Below are positions 59,158-64,000 of a stretch of 64,000 nucleotides of DNA, one piece after another. The stretch comes from an uncultured Hyphomicrobiales bacterium (lineage in GTDB: Bacteria > Bacteroidota > Ignavibacteria > Kapaibacteriales > UBA2268), in the NCBI GenBank assembly GCA_964473465.1, contig CAYYPE010000011.1, positions 555 through 64,554 of the forward strand, given 5' to 3'. Made by a program: the position numbers and the translations under genes. The notes under the pieces were generated by a model. It saw nothing but the letters and a program-made list of their open reading frames with translations, was not told the origin of the DNA and did not search any database. How positions within the stretch are numbered: position 1 is the stretch's first letter; every line of letters begins with the position of its first letter.

Positions 59158-60153
59158 TTATTTAAGCCAATTATTTGCTTTATACCAATCTATTGTTTCT
59201 TTTAGACCATCCTCAAGAGGGATATTTGTTTTAAAATTAAAATCCTTTTGTGCCTTTTCGACTGAACAAATCCAATATTCCTGAATGAATTCCACAGCTT
59301 TTTCATAGTAGAAAATTGGTGGCTTTTTTGAAAATTTACCAAAGAAGCCCGATAAAAGACCTATGCCAAGAACAAGAAAATGTGGAATTTTTAATTTAAG
59401 AAGAAATTTTTTATTCAAATGTTTCTTCAAAATGTTCATAATCTGGTCCCAAGAATAAGCCTCTTCGGAGGCAAGAAAGTATATGTTACCGGTTGTTTTA
59501 TTACTCTCCATAGCATCAGCTATTGCCTTAACCAGATCTGTCGAATGAATTAAGTTAATATGATGGGGTTTAAAACCTATAAGAGTAACAAGACCTTTAT
59601 TCACCATCTGAAAAATCTCAAGAATTGCGGGGTCTCTGGGTCCATATACTGCCGAAGGTCTAAGAATAAGAATTGGAAAGTTCTCTTTTTTACTTAGAAC
59701 ATATTCTTCAGCAGCTTTTTTGCTACGAGCATAAGGGCTTAAAGGATTAAAACCATCTTTTTCTCTTACAGGTTTATCAAAAGTACTGGCTGGTCCCGAA
59801 ACAGTCTGGCTACTGATGAAAATAAACTTTTTAAGGTTAGGAGCAAGTTCAATAGCTATGTCCAAAAGATTTTTTGTTGCAGTAAAATTACTGTTCATAA
59901 AATCTTCTTCACTTTTAGCAGCTATGGCACCAGCGTTATGGATGATATAATCAACTCCATCAACGGCTTTCTTTATCTGTTCCAAATTATTGAAGGAAGT
60001 TTCGATAAGTTCAATAGGTTTATCCTTCAACCATTGCAAGTTACTGGTTTTTCGGATTGTGCATCGAACTTGATAGCCTCTTCTGAGTAATTCATCAGCA
60101 ATATGACTTCCGATAAAGCCAGTAGAGCCAGTAACTAATACTTTTTGATTCAT
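59158..60153 (-). CDS. NAD-dependent epimerase/dehydratase (extended SDR)
   Basis: The N-terminal VLVTGSTGFIGSHIADELLRRGYQV Rossmann motif and a downstream YxxxK-containing segment (SPYARSKKAAE). Confidence 0.85.
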   Translation of the reverse strand: MNQKVLVTGSTGFIGSHIADELLRRGYQVRCTIRKTSNLQWLKDKPIELIETSFNNLEQIKKAVDGVDYIIHNAGAIAAKSEEDFMNSNFTATKNLLDIAIELAPNLKKFIFISSQTVSGPASTFDKPVREKDGFNPLSPYARSKKAAEEYVLSKKENFPILILRPSAVYGPRDPAILEIFQMVNKGLVTLIGFKPHHINLIHSTDLVKAIADAMESNKTTGNIYFLASEEAYSWDQIMNILKKHLNKKFLLKLKIPHFLVLGIGLLSGFFGKFSKKPPIFYYEKAVEFIQEYWICSVEKAQKDFNFKTNIPLEDGLKETIDWYKANNWLK

Positions 60154-60181
60154 ACTTGAAAATCTAAATGTATTATAACAA

Positions 60182-62203
60182 TCATGAATTGGTTTGAACT
60201 TTTTCTAATAGAATTTCAGCGATATCTTTGACTTTAACTTCATCTATCTTTTCTTTTGCCTTGACTCCGTCTGTTATCATTGTCATACAGAATGGGCAGT
60301 TAACAGCTATAGTATTCGGATTTGTGCTGAGCAATTCTTCGGTTCTTTCGATATTTACTCTTTTGCCTTGGGTTTCTTCCATAAACATTTGACCACCCCC
60401 AGCACCGCAGCATAAACCTTTGTCTTTTGAACGCTTTGGTTCCTTAATGGGTTTATTGGAAACAGAACTAAGGATTTCCCTTGGCTCCTCATAAATATTA
60501 TTATATCTACCAATATAACATGAATCGTGATAGACAATACTACTCTCGACATTTTCTAATGGCTTAAGCTTTAATTTGCCTTGAGCAATCAATTCTTTAA
60601 GAAATTCAGTATGATGTTTGACTTCGAAATTTCCTCCAAATAATGGATACTCATTTTTCAGAGTATTATAGCAATGAGGGCAAAAAGTAACAATCTTGCG
60701 GACATTATACCTTTTCATAGTTTCAATGTTCGCTTTAACCAGCATATCAGCTAAATACTCCTGTCCGGTTCTTCGGGCAACATCACCATTACATTGCTCT
60801 TCGGTTCCCAGAATAGCAAAATCAACATTAGCAATTTGCATCAATTTAGCAAAAGCTAAGGATATTTGCTTGGCTCTGTCGTCGAAACTTCCTGCACATC
60901 CAACCCAGAAAAGATACTCGAAATCAGGCTTTTCTGCTGCTGTTTGAACCCCTGTTCCCTGTGCCCAGTCAGCTCTTTCAGAAGCAGGAAATGCCCAAGG
61001 AGTCGCATTGTTTTCGAGATTGGTGAAAGCAGTTTGAAGAAGATTTGGAAAGTTAGCTTCCATCATTACTAAAGATCGCCTCATATCAACAATAGCAGGA
61101 ACATGCTCTATCATAACAGGACATTCCTGCATGCAAGCCCCACAAGTTGTGCATTGCCATAAGGCTTCAATGTTTTCATACTCCCCGATGAATTTTTTAT
61201 TCAGGATTTCTTCATCTTTTGCTTCAAGAGAGGGATTGTTATTATTTTTCTGTTTCAATAATATTGGCATTCTGCCAGTAGTTCTTTCCCTGACTTCAAT
61301 AATTACATTTCTTGGACTAAGGACTTTTCCGGTCAGATTTGCCGGACAAACGCTATCACAACGACCACAATGAGTGCAGGTGTAGGAATCAAAAATAGTT
61401 TTCCATGTGAAATCCTCAACATCAACAACTCCGAATTTTTCAATACCTTCTTTTTCAAAATCAATCGGTTTCAATTTATTTGCTGGTTCGAGAGGAGCAA
61501 AAAACACATTCAAAACGGAAGTATAAACATGAAAATGTTTTGAATATGGCAGATAGTTCATAAATGACAAAATAAAGATGATATGAACCCACCAGCTAAC
61601 ATTATATATATCAATTGCCGAGGAAAAACTGAAAAAGCTGCTGATATAATGAGAAATTGGTCTTAAAGAAGTTATTCCCCCATGGAAGTGAAATTTCTCA
61701 ATTGCTGCATTTTGAAATAATAGTGAAGAAACTATTATAAATATTGTAACTAACACAATGACAGCGTCCGTTTTCTCTTTGCCGTCTCCTTGCAATCTCT
61801 TCACCTTGAAAACGAATCTCCTTAGAAGTGCCCATATCACTGCAAACATTATCAATACGCAGAAAATGTCAGTTGAAATTGTGATAGCAGTAAAAAATGG
61901 TCCAAGAAAGCTCCATGTGAATGTTCTGTCAAAACCCTGTATTATTGATTCTGAAGCTGAAAACAGCAAGACAAGAAAACCCCAGAATATTGCGGCGTGA
62001 ATAGGACCAGCTATTTTGTCCCTGAAAATCTTTGATTGTCCTATTGCAACTTTCAGTGTTTTATTAATTCTTTCGAGAGGTCTGTCCCATCTGATTTCGG
62101 GCTGAGCTAATTTCAGGTATAAAAAAAATCTTCTAAGATTGTAAAACAAAAAACCAAATGCAGTTATTAATATTATCAGAAAAATAATTGAATCAACTCT
62201 CAT
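60182..62203 (-). CDS. Membrane-bound Fe-S oxidoreductase: N-terminal NarI-like polytopic (probable heme b) domain fused to a GlpC/HdrD-like domain with two 4Fe-4S ferredoxin motifs and CCG domains
   Basis: 5-6 TM helices with conserved His (HFHGG, HYIS, WWVH). CTHCGRCDSVCP and CTTCGACMQECP are ferredoxin motifs. A CCGAGGG cysteine-rich CCG domain follows. Confidence 0.8.
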   Translation of the reverse strand: MRVDSIIFLIILITAFGFLFYNLRRFFLYLKLAQPEIRWDRPLERINKTLKVAIGQSKIFRDKIAGPIHAAIFWGFLVLLFSASESIIQGFDRTFTWSFLGPFFTAITISTDIFCVLIMFAVIWALLRRFVFKVKRLQGDGKEKTDAVIVLVTIFIIVSSLLFQNAAIEKFHFHGGITSLRPISHYISSFFSFSSAIDIYNVSWWVHIIFILSFMNYLPYSKHFHVYTSVLNVFFAPLEPANKLKPIDFEKEGIEKFGVVDVEDFTWKTIFDSYTCTHCGRCDSVCPANLTGKVLSPRNVIIEVRERTTGRMPILLKQKNNNNPSLEAKDEEILNKKFIGEYENIEALWQCTTCGACMQECPVMIEHVPAIVDMRRSLVMMEANFPNLLQTAFTNLENNATPWAFPASERADWAQGTGVQTAAEKPDFEYLFWVGCAGSFDDRAKQISLAFAKLMQIANVDFAILGTEEQCNGDVARRTGQEYLADMLVKANIETMKRYNVRKIVTFCPHCYNTLKNEYPLFGGNFEVKHHTEFLKELIAQGKLKLKPLENVESSIVYHDSCYIGRYNNIYEEPREILSSVSNKPIKEPKRSKDKGLCCGAGGGQMFMEETQGKRVNIERTEELLSTNPNTIAVNCPFCMTMITDGVKAKEKIDEVKVKDIAEILLEKVQTNS

Positions 62204-62237
62204 AGTTTAAATCTTAAGTTAAACAAAATATAAAACC

Positions 62238-62265
62238 CTTTGTTTTATTTTTCGAAAAAACAAAG
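62238..62265. promoter_or_regulatory. 28-bp near-perfect palindrome in a divergent promoter region (candidate operator)
   Basis: ctttgtttt-a-tttttcgaaaaa-acaaag, containing the self-complementary core tttttcgaaaaa. It lies 35 nt upstream of the Fe-S oxidoreductase start and ~200 nt upstream of the divergent + strand gene. No flanking U-run, so it is not a terminator. Confidence 0.3.
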
Positions 62266-62472
62266 TTAAAGCAAAACAAGTTAATTATTTCAAACAAGAT
62301 AAGCAAAATTTATGTTCTTACTTTTTCAATGATGTTGTTTTTGGTTTACTAAAAGGCTCACTTCCTTTACTACTAATAAGTATTTAATTTTATTAAAAAA
62401 ATAATTTTACAAATTGATTTTTATTTTTAATTTTGACTCATAAATATTTCATTGTATAATTTTGGAGGAATA

Positions 62473-64000
62473 ATGAAACATTTTATCGCAATTCTCGCAA
62501 TGGCTATCTTTTTATTCTTTGTAACCATAGTAAAAGCTGATGAAATATGGGATGACCTAAATCTTCCGGACGGGCTTAATGCTGATATAACAAGCATTGC
62601 TATTGATGCTCAGGAAATATTTCTCGGAACCAATGGTGCTGGTCTTTATTATTCCAATAATTATGGAAAATCATGGCAGCATCTTAGCCATAAATTATTA
62701 GATCAGGATATAATTCAAAATATCTACTTATCGCCAAATGGATTTATATTTGTCATAGGACAAAGTCTTATTTACAGTTCTTCCAGAAAACAGATAAACT
62801 GGGAAGTGAATTATTTTTTCCAGCGCAATCAAGAGCTTATTAATTGCTCCGATATGAGCATCGAAGGTGATTTGGCTGTTGGTACAGATAATGGAATTTA
62901 TAAATCCGATGCAATCCTTAATGGGACCCAATGGACCAGAATAACAGGCAATCTTGAAAAAATCAAGGTTACAAAAGTTAAGTTTGATGCTTTTTTGAAT
63001 CCTTTTATCTGTGCCATCCGAAAAGAACAATACTCAATCTATGAATATTCAACCAGAAACTGGCAGGAAGTTATTGAAGGTATCAAAGAACAACCAAACG
63101 TTAATCAATTTACTTTTGATGAAGCTCAAAATTTTTTCGCTGTTATAGGTAACAATATTTATCAATATAACTACAAGGCAAAGAACTGGTCATTATTCAC
63201 ACAAAGCGGGCAAAAGGTGATTAGAAAAATCAAATTCTCCAAAAGTAATTTGATTTCGATCTCTGATTTTGATATAAGAATTTATGATAAAGAAAAAAGA
63301 AAATGGTCAGATGAAAACCAGGATTTAATATTCGAAGATAGAATTATTGACTTGTTAGTTGATGACGAAGATAAAATAATAGGTTTAACTAAATCAAAAA
63401 TAAAGATTTCAAAATTTGATATTCCTGGAATAGTTGACTGGATTCTAAGAAAAAAATTCAGGGTTTACGATGCAAAAAATTATCTGATGACAAATACAAC
63501 ATTCTCTCTTTACAAAGGTAGTTGCGATAATAATGCTGTATATTTAACAGATGTAACCACAAATAGTTCTGGCATATTTTCAATTGATGCTAATAGTCTG
63601 GGTTTGGCAACCGGTGATCAAATAAAACTCGAGAGATCAGTTTCACATCTAAATTCCATTAAAACAGGCCATGAAGCAGTCAATAACAGAATGTATGAAA
63701 TCAAGTTGAATAATTTGAAATTCGATGTGGATGGACAACCTTCCTACCAAGTTTTAACAAATGATTTATATCAGGATATCAAGATGGATCATACTCAGCT
63801 ATTATTCAATCTTGTTATTTCGGTGGAATGGGATGCTAAACCACAATTTTTGGATACTCTTAAGAGTTGGGTTAAATTGATGTCATCTTTTCTATGGGAT
63901 GTTACTGATGGTCATCTTTTTATAAAGAAAGTTGCAATTTATGATAATGGACAAAAATGGAATCAAGCTGATATTAGAATCTTTGTTAGCAATGTTGTTT
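62473..64000 (+). CDS. Secreted beta-propeller (BNR/Ycf48-like) protein, 3' end outside the window
   Basis: GGAGG lies 4 nt before the ATG at 62473. MKHFIAILAMAIFLFFVTIVKA is a signal peptide. The frame stays open to nt 64000 (509 codons). Motifs NNYGKSWQHL and TDNGIYKSD are BNR-like. Absent from the ORF track because there is no in-window stop. Confidence 0.6.
   Translation, partial: MKHFIAILAMAIFLFFVTIVKADEIWDDLNLPDGLNADITSIAIDAQEIFLGTNGAGLYYSNNYGKSWQHLSHKLLDQDIIQNIYLSPNGFIFVIGQSLIYSSSRKQINWEVNYFFQRNQELINCSDMSIEGDLAVGTDNGIYKSDAILNGTQWTRITGNLEKIKVTKVKFDAFLNPFICAIRKEQYSIYEYSTRNWQEVIEGIKEQPNVNQFTFDEAQNFFAVIGNNIYQYNYKAKNWSLFTQSGQKVIRKIKFSKSNLISISDFDIRIYDKEKRKWSDENQDLIFEDRIIDLLVDDEDKIIGLTKSKIKISKFDIPGIVDWILRKKFRVYDAKNYLMTNTTFSLYKGSCDNNAVYLTDVTTNSSGIFSIDANSLGLATGDQIKLERSVSHLNSIKTGHEAVNNRMYEIKLNNLKFDVDGQPSYQVLTNDLYQDIKMDHTQLLFNLVISVEWDAKPQFLDTLKSWVKLMSSFLWDVTDGHLFIKKVAIYDNGQKWNQADIRIFVSNVV

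Noticed and set aside
1-64000. Search for CRISPR arrays, IS elements, integrases, tRNA and rRNA genes.
   Set aside because: No run of regularly spaced direct repeats exists in any intergenic region; the longest intergenic gaps are ~150-270 nt. No transposase or integrase-like ORF, no inverted terminal repeats, and no cloverleaf-capable GC-rich segments were found.

Overview
This is a gene-dense, low-GC (~35%) chromosomal window. Most genes are preceded by Shine-Dalgarno-like GGAG/AGGAG motifs. At least seven large secreted proteins end in Por/T9SS type-A C-terminal sorting domains, so the host is probably a T9SS-bearing member of the FCB group or a related candidate phylum (Ignavibacteria-like). 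The exact taxon cannot be determined from sequence alone.

Confidently recognised housekeeping genes: leuS, a tryptophanase/tyrosine phenol-lyase, an NAD-aldehyde dehydrogenase, an S41 C-terminal processing protease, corA, an M32 carboxypeptidase, a GT2 glycosyltransferase, a MATE efflux pump, ribE, anmK, an OPT oligopeptide transporter, an M20 dipeptidase, rpmG (59 aa, absent from the ORF track), an OmpR-type response regulator, pfkA, glmS, comEC, pgeF/yfiH, a penicillin/AHL-acylase-family Ntn hydrolase, an NAD-dependent epimerase/dehydratase and a membrane CCG-domain Fe-S oxidoreductase.

No CRISPR array, rRNA, tRNA, transposase or integrase was found.

Points worth a second look:
- a ~270-bp remnant of an MmeI-family type IIL restriction-modification gene, wedged between a permease and the aldehyde dehydrogenase;
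- a tandem triad of paralogous T9SS cargo genes (33.7-40.3 kb) that share an unassigned ~250-aa N-terminal alpha/beta domain plus ASH/choice-of-anchor-D Ig repeats, one of which also carries a thioredoxin-like CGPC domain;
- an orphan OmpR response regulator whose stop codon overlaps the start of a MazG-like NTP pyrophosphohydrolase gene;
- a tight acylase / epimerase / membrane Fe-S oxidoreductase operon;
- a giant 1575-aa cargo protein preceded by a saccharopine-dehydrogenase-like protein of unknown function;
- an IgGFc-binding-domain T9SS cargo followed by a small beta-barrel outer-membrane protein.

Nothing in the window matches a known multi-gene defense or mobile system. All functional calls come from reading the translated ORFs for motifs and family resemblance; no database search was run.
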